A DNA stretch of 63,533 nucleotides, filler included, from Collodictyon triciliatum (lineage: Eukaryota), in assembly GCA_043381765.1 (NCBI GenBank). It is 3 parts of 3 records of this genome, joined end to end, with 100 filler letters (N's around TTAATTAATTAA, not from the genome) between each part and the next. Parts side by side here need not be neighbours in the genome. Positions count along the whole stretch, not along the records: positions 42,917 to 63,533 come from JBHJMP010001175.1; 2 more parts are not named here. One strand, written 5' to 3'. The position numbers and the translations under genes were made by a program. How positions within the stretch are numbered: position 1 is the first letter of the stretch; every line of letters starts with the position of its first letter. Of this stretch, positions 47,442-59,957 are shown piece by piece. The notes below the pieces were generated by a model. That model ran no database searches and was not told the DNA's origin. It was given only the letters and a program-made list of their open reading frames with translations.

Positions 47442-48442
47442 CTAGACTTGGGGATTGAAGGATGGATCAACCTCGTGGCCGGGCAGGTAGATGGAGATGA
47501 CGGTGATGTTATCTGTGGAGCCCTTGTGGGAGGCAAAGTTGCGCATCTTGCGGGCAATGGAGTGGACGTTGCCCGAATGTGTGATGTAGTCTGCCGCCTT
47601 CTTTGCAGAAACCACGTCCCACAGGCCGTCGCAGGCCATCAGGACATGTGTGCCCGGGTACGAGTTGGACATGGTGCGGGCAGGCGGGGTTGCGGGGACG
47701 AGCGGGATGACATCCACATACGGCGCGGGCGAAACCATCGGGCGCAGAGATGTGTCGCCGAGGGCACGCGAGACCCCCAGGACGCCGTTGACGCGGCCGT
47801 CCTCCGTGACAAAGCCGCCAAGACCTTCGATGCGGGCCTTCTCCTCCTGGTCTGAGGGCTTGGCCTGCTTGGATTGGTAGACCAGTTTGCCGTTGCCGTT
47901 TGCCTGGACCTGGCTGACAATGCACATGGAGTCCCCCACAGATGCAACAACCAGCTGGTGCGGCTGGATGAGGCACAACAGCACGCACGACCCGTTCGGC
48001 ACCTCGGCTTTTGTGATGGCGTTGTCCGCGTTGCTGATTGCCTCCTTGATGGCTGTCACGCCATCACAGCCGCTCTGCAGGCGCCTCTGCACGTCCAACC
48101 CCATGACTCGCGAGAGATACACTGAGCATTCACGGCCCCCGTGTCCGTCAAAGACAGCAAAGAGTCCGCTCCAGAGCCCATGGGCATTGCCGCTGCTGTG
48201 CAGGCGCGGCCACAGAATCACCTCATCCTCCATGTGCTCTCGTGTTCCTTTTGTTTCCGCCAACGCGTACTCGCACATAGCTGGTCGTGAGGCATCTACT
48301 TTGGCCTGTTTGGAGAAATGCAGTGAATCCTCNNNNNNNNNNNNNNNNNNNNNNNNNNNNNNNNNNNNNNNNNNNNNNNNNNNNNNNNNNNNNNNNNNNN
48401 NNNNNNNNNNNNNNNNNNNNNNNNNNNNNNNNNNNNNNNNNN

Positions 48443-48522
<80 letters not shown>

Positions 48523-49552
48523 TTATTCCTTGTGATAAATGGAAATTTAATTAAATAGAAAAGATAATAAACGAACCTGTTCTGCTGCTGCTTCCTCTAC
48601 AAGTTTGTCAGAGGATTGTGATTTTCTCACAGCTTTTAGACGATACTCCACAACGATATTCCAGTCGACACACTTCAGCAAGATAGCATCCATAATTTCC
48701 CCCACAGTAGCATTACGTTCACAAAGGCGATTCAGGCGCTGCTGGAAATCAGTGTCTGTTGTGTCGAGGAGAACCTGTCGGAGCATATGGTTGCATTGCA
48801 CCAAGGATTCGATCATCGGCTGGAAATTAGCAGGAATCTTGTTTCCTCGAAGATCAAGGACGCTCAGCTTGGCTGCGGAAAAGCCGCGCTGAAGGATGAA
48901 GCGCCATTGGCGGTCACTGAGATCAATGTCCCGAAGAGAAAGGCTTTCAAGCAAATCTGTGACAGGCGACTGCAGCACAGTTTGCAACTCATCCATGGCC
49001 GGCAGCGACCAAGTGTTGCCGCTAAGGTCAAGATGGGCAACACACTTGCGATTTAAAACAAAGTTTAGGATTTCACGCAGGGCTGTTCCGGTCAGGTCGC
49101 AATGCGGAAGGCGGATCTGATCGAACCCGCCCACCTCTTCAAAGCCCTTCTGAATTAATGGGACAATCTTGTCACCCAGAGGGATTTTCCTACAGAAGCC
49201 GATGGGCAATTGCGATCGGTTAGGTTGAGATCTGGTCCATTTCTTTTCTTTTAACATATTTATATATCGCATGCTTCTCCTAGTTATTTTGAAATAAGTA
49301 AAAGACTGCGAATGAATAAAGAGGATCGTTGAAGTTAAATTGTGCCTACATTGCCACGAACGGCATCAGTTTAGCACTTGCGGACAGCTGCTGCAACTCC
49401 TTCTTGAGCCCAGCGAGAAAGGGATTAATGACAGTCTTTTTCATGGAGGGATCGTAGACCTTTGGCAGCTCTGCGCTCATGAAGGCAAAGTAGGTTTCGG
49501 CCTCTGCATTCCAGTGGATAAAGACGGGAAAGAGAGAGATGTTCAGCACCAT
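47442..49552 (-). CDS. LRR (RI-like) + PP2C/PPM protein phosphatase, 3 exons (last acceptor in gap 48333-48442)
   Basis: Exon 2 LRRs IRLPHCDLT, VAHLDLSGNTWS, LESLSLRDIDLS, LSVLDLRGNKIP. Last exon carries the PPM motifs GTREHMED, FAVFDGHGG, ASVGDS, RVNGVLGVSRALGD, MACDGLWDV and GSTDNITV; TAG at 47442. Confidence 0.9.
48443..48521. repeat. (AAC)n followed by (AAT)n, intronic
   Basis: Compound microsatellite at a gap edge. Confidence 0.95.
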
Positions 49553-49959
49553 AAAAGAGTGTAAACGTGGTTCTGGAGTCGATAAGACAAACAGCAATAA
49601 TATAGGCACACGATGAGCTCGTGCCTGTTTCTTTGGCTTTGAAGCGTTTTTTTTTTTTTTTTTTTTTTTTTTGATTATTCAGCTTTAAACCAAAGTGCGT
49701 CGAGAATAATAAGGGGAAAGTAAGGGGGCATTACATACTTGGGTTCTGAAAGAGCGGACCTTTCGCGCACGCACCTCCCATGATGAGTTTCTCTTCGTTT
49801 CGATTGTTGACCCCAGGGGCTAGACAAAAAAAGTGTAAAAAAGAGTGATGAAGGTGCATAACGATCCTCGAACGAATCAGCCAACATATTCACCCTGTGA
49901 AGTTTCTCTGGTTCACATATGACTATAAAGAACGGGAGAACAACCAGAAGAGAGGGGAG

Positions 49960-50100
49960 AGGAAAGGAAAGGAAAGGAAAGGAAAGGAAAGGAAAGGAAA
50001 GGAAAGGAAAGGAAAGGAAAGGAAAGGAAAGGAAAGGAAAGGAAAGGAAAAAAAAACAAAAAACAAAAACAAAAAACAAAAACAAAAACAAAAACAAAAA
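49960..50100. repeat. (GGAAA)n then (AAAAAC)n compound microsatellite
   Basis: Direct inspection; intergenic. Confidence 0.95.
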
Positions 50101-50751
50101 GGAATGAAAAGAACAGAACAGAACAGAATAGAACAGAAAAAAAGAAAGAAAAGAAACAGCAACGCCGCCTATTCCGCGTTGAACATCCACACAATGTCCA
50201 GACAGAGCCAAGGAGGCAGTCAAGAATGAGGCTGCACAAGACACAGCAGAAGCAGCGGCCAGAAAAGGCCCACCCAGGACGGAGGCCATCGCACCGCCCG
50301 ACTCGTTGGCCGCGCCTTCCGGCCCTCTCGACCCGCCCGAAAAACGGGATCACACACGACCGTCTGATCGCTTTGGTCGCACCTCCGCTATGGTCTCACG
50401 CAAATCCCATAATACGCCTTGGCTTCATTGTTTCTTTCGCCCAAGGCCATCGCATCCGTTATGACCAAAGGCGCTTTGGGAAGAATCTGTCTGGGGGCGC
50501 GCTTATGGCGGACTGCGTTTCATTGAAATATTCGCCGTTACGGGCTTCCTGATGTGTTGCTTTCAACGGAATATGAATGAGATTTTCCTAAAGGGGCCAA
50601 AGGGATTGCCCTTTTGTGGAGTGTTCAGATTTGCATCGGCGAGGGGCAGAAGAGCTAGTGGGTTTGCTGTCTTATCCTTGGTAAATGGCGACGGACGGTG
50701 ACGGATGGTGGGGTGGTAGGGGTGATGGGAGACAATGAGGGGTAGAGAATG

Positions 50752-51256
50752 TTATAAGTCTGCGCGTGTGATTTCGTAGTCTAAGGACAGCGTGAATGGC
50801 AAATCAACCAGTGGGTGCAAACACTCCCGAATCTGCTGTCGAGCCGTACTATTTCGGGTGAACGCAAAAGTCTCGTAGAACTTGGTCAGGTTCCCATCGT
50901 TCAGCGGAACAGCTTCAATCCAGTTGGGCAGAGATTTTGTGCTGTATCATTCAGAATCGGGCGTATTGGTGATGGATTACGAAAAGTAAATGAAGATGAT
51001 GTAATCTCTGCTTTGATATGGTGACAGGTATTGGGATATGGTTATGAATATCCTAAACATACTTTAACCCGTAGCACACAAGCGCTCTAACTTTGGCATC
51101 TTGTTTTCTGGCAAGAGATTCTATGGAATTCACTGTTTGAACTCCTGTTGTAAGGCTGAATCGCCCGGGCGGGTCTTGTGAAGTAGCTATGTGCCGTTTG
51201 AAGAGCAGGGATTTGTTTTGAATATGAACTCTTTTTTTTTCTTTTTCTTTTTCTTT

Positions 51257-51314
<58 letters not shown>

Positions 51315-54300
51315 GTTCATTTATATGCGTGTATTAAATTTCATATAAACTATATATCACAAAGATGACCACGGCTTAATCAGCACTTAAAGCTTTTAAC
51401 CCCGCATCAGGTGGAGGGAAGAGAATATGGGATAAAGAGAAGTGGTAAAACTACATGAAAATTACCAGTTTCTGAGAGCTTTTCAAAGTACTCCCAAATG
51501 TGATATTTTGAAAGAAACCGGTTGGATTTGAATCCGTAGAGCATGATTTTTGTGAAAGCCGTGCACAGTTGACCTCTGACCAAGGTATGAATTGCCATGT
51601 TTTGTGAATCATCTCCAAACGATATCTTTGTGAAGCAAAAGGATTGTGAACCAAAAATGAAACCTAATGGCTATAGATATGGGTTTATGTTATAAATAAG
51701 GTTATCAAAGGTTACTTTATCGGGCGCTTCATTAAACCTCGACCGTATTTCAGCCACCACAGACTGCAATCGAACGATTGGCTCTATTAAATCCATCCAT
51801 TAAAGAAGGGGGTAACAATTTAATTAGAACTGTATCTATTTAGTTCATTGCTGAGAAAAAAATGAGGAGAAACTGTTGCGGAACAAGAAATAGAAAAGGC
51901 ATTCGTTCAGACGTCTTACCCAGATTTAATGGAGATGGTTTTGCCGGGAGCTCCTGAATCTTTGTTTGGCTCTTATGTTGTTCTGAAACACAACATGGGG
52001 ATTGTATTAGTAGATAAGAATGTAAACGTGATTTATAATCAGGAAGCGTAAAAAAGTAATTATATGTCTGGTTGTTAAATAATAATAAAAATAGGCCCAG
52101 CCCAATATATATATAGTTAAATAAGACCATATCTAATCGGAATTCCGAGAAAGCATTTTTTTTTATTCGATGGTTGATATACTACGTGATATTAGATATG
52201 AAGGATATACCGTGGAGTGCAGAGAGCAATGATAAAGGACTCGAAAGGTTTTCGGAAAACATTACACTCCAAGATGCCTGAGAGGCTGGCTGTGTTTCTG
52301 CAGGAGCGGAGGATTGGGTAACACTTGTTTGGTTCAGAGGATTGGCAGGATTTGCCTGGTTGGCTGGCTTTTGTTGTGATTGTTGTGGTTGTTGCAGCTG
52401 CTGCTGGTTGTAAGTTTGCTGATTTTGTTGATTTCCAGTCACGTGCGTTGCTGGTAACTGCACGGGATTTGGTGAGGTTTGCATCACGGGTCTCTGAGTG
52501 ATGGGCTTCTGGGTCATGTGTGTTGGAGGGGGCTGGGTAGGAGGAAGCGGCGCCCTCTGTGAAGCAACAGTATAGTTGCTTGCTGGAGGCAACTGAGAAA
52601 TGCGAGAAGCATTTGGTCTTTGAATCGGCATCGGGTTGTAGTTGGTGATATTTGGAAGTGGTCCCGATACAGAGTGAGACGAAGTCTGGCGGGACATGGG
52701 CATAGCCGTAGGAGAAGGCTCCAACATGGGTCGGGTCTCTTCATTTGCGGGCAGAACTTGGGTTTGGAGCTTCATTATGGCAGTTTCTAAAGCAACACGG
52801 TTCTCTCGTTCTTCTTGCAGAGATTTCTCCAGCTCTTTGATTTTGTCCCACAATGACTTGGTCGCTGATTGAACAGCATCCTCCACGATACTCTTGAGTT
52901 TCTCAGGGTCGAAAAAGTGGCCTGAAGGAACTGGCGAAGATGGCGTTTGCGGTAATTGTTCAATACTTCCTGTTCCTTGGATTTGATCGGCAACTTTCCC
53001 ATCTGCACCAATTTGTGATATTTGGAGTGATGATGGTGTGGATGGCGTTTGCTGAAGAGGTTTTTCGGACTGCTTTTTATCCTCCTTCTTTGATGTTTTC
53101 TTGGTGTCTTCTTTACGGGCGAGCTCTTCAAGGCGAGCAGCAAGTTTCTGCTTTTCTGCAATGCGTGCTTCCTCTCGTAGCTTAATCAGCTCCTCCTTCT
53201 CCTTAGCTTCTCTTTCTTTGCGCTCTTTTCGCTTCTGAGAAAGTATTGGGGTGTATTTCCTTCTGACAAGCCAGCCTCGGACTCGTTTTTGTACGCGAAT
53301 GAGCCTTGCAAGGTATCTCTTGTATTTTCTTCTGGCCACAAACATTCGGATTACTACAAGCAAAGTATTTTAGTCAATATATTGCTCTGACAAAATAAAT
53401 ATGTTGCGAGTAGAAGCTATGGAATATTCATATACTATTCAATAAGAATATTCTTGGCTCAAGAACAAAAAAAAAAAAAACTGATGTAAATATGAACAAG
53501 AGTCATATATTTGATTTTTTTTAAAATAATAATAAGAATAAGAATTACAAGCTTGTATCTTTTTGGCCGCATTTCTGTATCGAATACGACGGAATCGCTT
53601 CAGGAATGTAGCCGAAATAATGAGCATCACAACCGCTGTCTGGCGGAAGCGGCGGAAAGCACGAAGGCAGCGCAACCGAACACAAACTTTTTCGAGGCAA
53701 AAAATACCAGAAAAGTATAAGTTAATTTCAATGAAAAACATAGCAGAATATAACATTTACACAAGAAAAATATTTTTACTTCTATGGAAAGCAACAGCCG
53801 CTGTGTGGGCTGACTTCCATCTCTTTCGAACAAGCCACTTTCTAACTCGCTCAGCAATTGCTGGAGCAAGTTCTTGATATTCATTTGACCGGAGTTCATC
53901 CAGAAATGCCAACTAGTTATATGAGGATGTATGAACACAGTTAAGCGACGACAAAATCAGTATCAGCCTATTAGAAGAGAAAAAGGGGATTGGCACAGAA
54001 TTTTGAAAAGAAGAAAAGGTCAAGGTATTTTGGATAGAAAAAGTATATCCAATAATCTGAGTATACAAGGATTACGGTGCTGTTATTTTTTATGGTTTAA
54101 ATTCGATGATGATACTTTTTTATTTCTCTTTTTGTCAAAATATGCAAGGATAATGCCATATAAAAATGGGAGGGGAATACACAAACCTTTCCTGCTCTAA
54201 AGAATATTTTTGTGATACCGAGCTGATAGTCTTTCTTATCGATGTCGAGTGCCATCAATAGCGCCTCACAAAATGATGAGGAATCTAGATTGGCAATTAT

Positions 54301-57300
54301 TGGAGGCATCATATCACGATACCTAAGATAGGTTGTAAAAAAAAAAGTATTTGTATTGAAAATTACACTGCTGGCCAGACAAGAGTAATTTTATTAGCAT
54401 GATTTTACTGCGGATGTATCAAATGTAACTAATAAGTACCTGGAATGCAAGTCATCATAGGGACACCGAGTGGGATATCCTGTATGCATCAATCGAAGTG
54501 CTTCGAGCATTCCACTACATCGGAGCTGTTCTAAAACCTTTGTGCCTTCAAATATACCAGACTTTTGAACCGAGTTTGGTTTAATGCATCGTATAAAATG
54601 CGATGCTGTTTGATTTAGTGACTCCATTAATTCGCCAAGTTGTTTCTATACGTAATTTTTTTTTAAAAAAAAAATCGTGTCAGAAGATATAAGAGAAAGT
54701 AAAACTAATCAGGCTATAACGACTACTTGGTTTACTTGTAGTTAAAGGAAACAAAATGTGCTCCACTTTACCGTGAATTTAGTGCCAACAGTACTCAGGC
54801 GGCCTTTCTTTTGGCTTTCCGCGCCTAGTATATCAGAGAAGAGAGACTTGATAAACTCTAACTCACTCACAGACAATAGTAACTTTAAATCGTCATGCAG
54901 AGCATCATTATTTTTTTCCAAGAATCCTGTTTTTGTATTATACATGACCTAGGTATATATAAAAGGAAAAGTATAAATTAATAAAGCTATTGATTCTGTC
55001 AAAATTGCAATATATATGTTGTTAGATATATAGCTTAGATTACGTCATTTATGCGAAAACATAATTCTACGCAAAATAACTGGGCCATGATAGACAGATG
55101 AGAATAATAACGCCTCATTACATCGTATATCATAAAAAAAAAAAGACACAAAAACAAATAAATAAATAAATAAATAAACAAATAGAATAAAAATCACCTG
55201 TCCAGCAAAATGTCTGATTGAAAATCCTTCGTCTGCTCTTAGTGTCTGGGTCTTTGAAACTTTAGGTGCTTTTAGATAAGGGTGATTAGGATAAATAGTA
55301 TGGACGCGACTGGTGAAAGTTTGATTAGTCCCTTTTGGTAGTTTTGATTCCTCGTCTAGTAACGCCAAGATACCCGTTGTTTTCTAATTTTAAGGAAATA
55401 GATTTGAGGAGACGAAGAAGAGGGGTCTGGACTGAGTGGGGTTACAGATGAAATTGGTTGGAAAAATATAATTATGCTGAGAATAGTATGGTGATATAAG
55501 GCAACCTTTTCAATCAAATCGATGCATGCTTGATTATCATCATATTCAATTCTAGTGTACTTGATACCCTCTCGGTCATAAATATCTTGTTCCTATAACA
55601 GATATATCAGCCAAAAGACAATAAGCATATGAAAATGGATATTGATTTACTCTTGTATCTCAATTGCTACTTGTTTGAATTTGAGATATTTTCGGGTATA
55701 AGAAAATAGTTCACCTGCCGGAAGATTTGTTGATTGAAGAACTGTTGCAGTTTTTCATTTGCGTAGTTGATACAAAGCTGCTCGAAGCTGTTAACCTACG
55801 TTTTTTTTTTCTTGCTTATTAACGAAAGTATGTATGAGAAGCAACGATTATTTTATTCATGTGTGTCTAGAGGGGAAGACTATCACATTAGTAATTTATC
55901 GTTTCGGAACGTGTGATAGGGATGTAAATATGGAGCTCACATCAAAATATTCGAAACCATAGATATCAAGAACTCCGATATTAAGAAATCCAGCCTCGTT
56001 TCCTTTGAGACCACCGTTTATTTTTTCGACAACAAGATCAAATAAACGAGAATACATGGCCTTTGCAAGGCCATCACGAGAGAAAGCGGCCTGCAGAGTT
56101 CGATAAGCGCGTATATCAGTAATTTTAACTTTGTAAAATGCACATTTGACAGTTAGGATTGCTTTTGGGAGAATGCTTGGCACTTACATCTTGAGCGTTG
56201 AGAGGAATTGTATAGAAACTCCCACTTTTTGACTTTGACTTCATAATCCTTGTTGTCATTCTTTGCTGGAGTGTGTCAGACGAAACTCCCAACAATTTAG
56301 CAGTGATTTCAAGCTCTGCATATATAAAAGAATTTTCAAAAAAATTAATTAATTAGTGACGAAAAAAAGATAGGCCTAATACAGGATATCAACTAAGGAT
56401 TACCCTCTGTATTTGATATGGAGCATCCCTCTTGGCGCTTCTGAGCTTCGAATTGGATGTTACAAAGATGCAATATAGCAGAAAGAATGCGAACGATGGA
56501 TTCTTGCTCTTCGTCACTAAACCCAACCAAGTGCATGGCTTCCTTTGATTGCATCAGCAAGATGAGTACAGTCACATGGATAGATCAAAAGCAACCCGCT
56601 AAGACAAAAATAGAGGAAAATATGGTTCTTGGGGATTAATGAGAAGTGTAATAGTAAGGAAGCCGAATGTAAATAAAATGAGAGTGAAAAGGTGCAAGAA
56701 AACTCACTCTAACACGAAGGTAATGATCAGAGTCGGAGACACCTTCGATTTCATAGCATCCGCTTTGATTCAATACCACAAAGCTAGATGCAGGTCCGAT
56801 ATGAAATTTTTCTATAAATTAACCGAAAAATATTGAAAATGAGGTATGTTGATTAATAATATCAAAAATATGTAATCAAAGCTAAGAAGGTGATATAATC
56901 AGCATCAATAGTTAAATAGATAGAAAATGGAAAGGTCAACACCTCTATCTTCTTTTGAGGCACCAGCACACAGTTGGTAGAAAATGTGATAATTACGCTC
57001 TCCTTTAATTTGTGTTACTATTCGAGACTAAATACGACAAGTTGGTGGCGATTCAGTAGACATTAAGAAGAAAAAGAGAGAGTATAGATGATGTCGGCAG
57101 GGGGGCAATTAATTTCAAGGAAGCAAAATCTTCTATCGGAAATCACCTTCTCAAGAAGATCTAATAACGAATACATTGAGAAATCAATTCAGTACATGCA
57201 CGAATAAAAATCAAGTTTCCATTTTCCGGTTTTGTAGAAATTGATGGATAATTTATGTTTCCTAGTCTTTTTCATAGAAATATATCTCGTGCAAAGACAA

Positions 57301-59435
57301 AAGTAAAATCTGCATATATTGGCTGGGGGAATATAGTAAAGAGCATTTACATGTCACGATGGACGCTCCACAGACGTGATATTGTTTGTTAAAATGTATT
57401 TGGGTGAATTTTCCCTGGGGTTAATTTGACAGGGTGATTAGCAACAAATGAAATTGCTAAATATGGTAAAATATTCAGTCATATAATAACACGCAAGAAA
57501 AAATAAAACGAATCTATAAAATGCGTATGTCATTTACTAATAATAAATAAATAAAAGAATTTTGACAATTTGAAAAAAAAATCAAGATAAAAACGAACGA
57601 ATCTGGACGAATTGTTGTTGCGAAGGGTTTTTGCATTTCCGAGTGCTTCGAGAATAGGATTTGCCTCTAAAATACGATGCTCAAGAATTCCAACCCCCGA
57701 ACGTCCGCCTACCGCGGCCAAGTATTTCATCACGATTTTGCTGGTCTCTGTTTTTCCAGCTCCACTTTCTCCACTGATGAAATGAATATTGGTGAGTATT
57801 GTTCGATATTTCTTCCTAAGATTTGTGCGAGGAGAGGGATGGGCTAATAAAATAATAAATGAAATATATCACAAACTACTAAATTTATGGAATGTAATTT
57901 ATACTTTTGATTGCGTTTTTTCTTTTTCTTTTTTTTTCTACTAATAACAGCGGTATGGATGACAAAAGGAAAAGTCTACGAGAAATCGGTTATGAAATAT
58001 TTTGTAATGGATTTGCATCGCACTCCATTTCTACCTGACAATAATTGACTGACTCCTTTTCTCTGCCCCACAATAGACAACAAAGCATAAAGAAAAAATT
58101 CAGTATGGGATGAAATCAAGCATTTTAATTCGTTGGGAAAGGATTATGCCAAAGAATCGAGATTTTGCTTGAAAAAATTAAATGAACAAGTGATTTGACA
58201 GAAAGAAAAATAGTATTATTAAATGGGGTAATCAATTAACCGGCTTTCATGAGACGATATGCTCTGTCGCACGTAGCAAATACATGAGGAGGTAGGACAC
58301 CGATGGATTTCCCTTGGTATTTCCTTAGTGTCTCTTCATCATACATAGGAAGGTTCCTGAATGGGTTCACCGCGATCAAGATGTATGCTGTATACGTCTA
58401 TATTTGCGATGGGAAAAATAATTGCTATTAAGTCATGATAGTTAGATTGAAATGTGGAAGGGAAATCATGTAGAAAAGAATTATGAATCTACGTATATAC
58501 ACGCACATTTTGCGTCAAAGAATATTCATATTTGATACATTTCTCTACAGAATATTAAATAAAATCATTCAAGAGACAATAGGATAGGAGAAAGGGGGAA
58601 TTGATGTATGAACCCCTTCCTGCAAATCAGAAAAATGTATACTTTTATCTTGTATTTTAAGAGCCATATTAAATCATTCGTTACATAGATTTCATTTCTG
58701 GAGAAACGATAATTTATATTGTGCAGCAAGCTGGGTTCGTGTAGATGCATCAATTGGGTATTGTCTTCTACTCCATCTTGGTTGGAGGGGTTCACCGGAT
58801 AGGCATGACCCACCGGTATGGTTTGAGTCTGTATCGGGATTGATGTGAATATGGGCAGTGAATAAAGTCAATCATTGGCCATGTATTTATATGGATCAAA
58901 CCGTATTTCAAAAAATAAGAAGGAAAAGGAAAGAAATAATAGATAATGGAGAAAAAGGGGGGAAAAAGGGGGGAAAGGAAAATTTTCCTTGGGTAGTAAT
59001 TAATTCCATGTGAAATGCAAGTATAAGGGTTTCTTTTTCTTTTTCTTTTTCTTTTTCTTCTTTTTCAAAAGAGTGGTCATGGATATCCTTACTTTTCCAT
59101 CCTTTCGTGATTTTACAGTAACTTGCCCATCATTTTGGGAGACGACGTCTGATAGAGCATATCCAGCTTCATTGTCCGCAACCCAAACAGCGGTTTGGTT
59201 CTATGTCACAAATGAGGTGAAAGTGAGGGCAGAAAAGAATTTATTCTCCTGGTTATGTCAACGTATCCCTTGTCACTAATTCCCCAAAGGCCAAAAAAAA
59301 AAAAAACTAAACTTTAATATTGGATTGTGTTGAAGAGAGGGGTTAAGTAGAGTAGCATAGGCGGAGGGGAAGACGAAAGCGAAGAATGAATAGAAAAATT
59401 GAAGTAAGGAGGCAACTCACCTGCGAATGTGACAT
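50752..59435 (-). CDS. Myosin VI-like heavy chain with 2 IQ motifs, charged helix, P/Q-rich linker and C-terminal RUN domain; over 25 exons
   Basis: Motor [112 protein letters not shown], all closest to remembered myosin VI segments. IQs [14 protein letters not shown] and [17 protein letters not shown] motifs [66 protein letters not shown] at 50752. Confidence 0.92.
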
Positions 59436-59957
59436 GACTGAAGCGTAAGAGCACTGTAAAGGACTGTCAGAAACGACCTAGCTTGGAGTGGAGAGGACCG
59501 CCACCAAGCAGCAGAACAAAGCAGAGGCACAGGACAACCACCCGCTTTGATTGGCAGAGCAAATGATCAGAGCATGGCACGACACCCGAGAATACTTGAG
59601 AGTCTGAATACCAATCAGTGGCTACAGAAAAGAGAACAGAACAGAACGGAGCGAGTGCCGCAGATCAAGCGAGCAAACCAGACGCAAGCAACAGGGCTGC
59701 CCAACAGATGCGGGCTATGCAGATTCAACAGCTCCCATTCCCGCGCTGGGACTGGTTCAAGCGGGGCAGGAGCGTGGATTCCACATAAAGACGGTCGAAT
59801 TCCCTTTATTGGCCGGAGGGCGGAGCGCCGGGCCGGCAGCAGCGCAGCGAGATGCAGGAGATACCGGACGGGAGAGAGGGGGTGCGTAGAGGATGGCACA
59901 GACAAGAGAAGAGAAGAGAAGAGAAGAATGAAAAAGAGGAGGAGGAGGCGGGTCGGT

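Noticed and set aside
49779-49900. Two RTGATGA box-C-like motifs suggesting snoRNAs
   Set aside because: No properly placed CTGA box D with terminal stem, and no recognisable rRNA guide.
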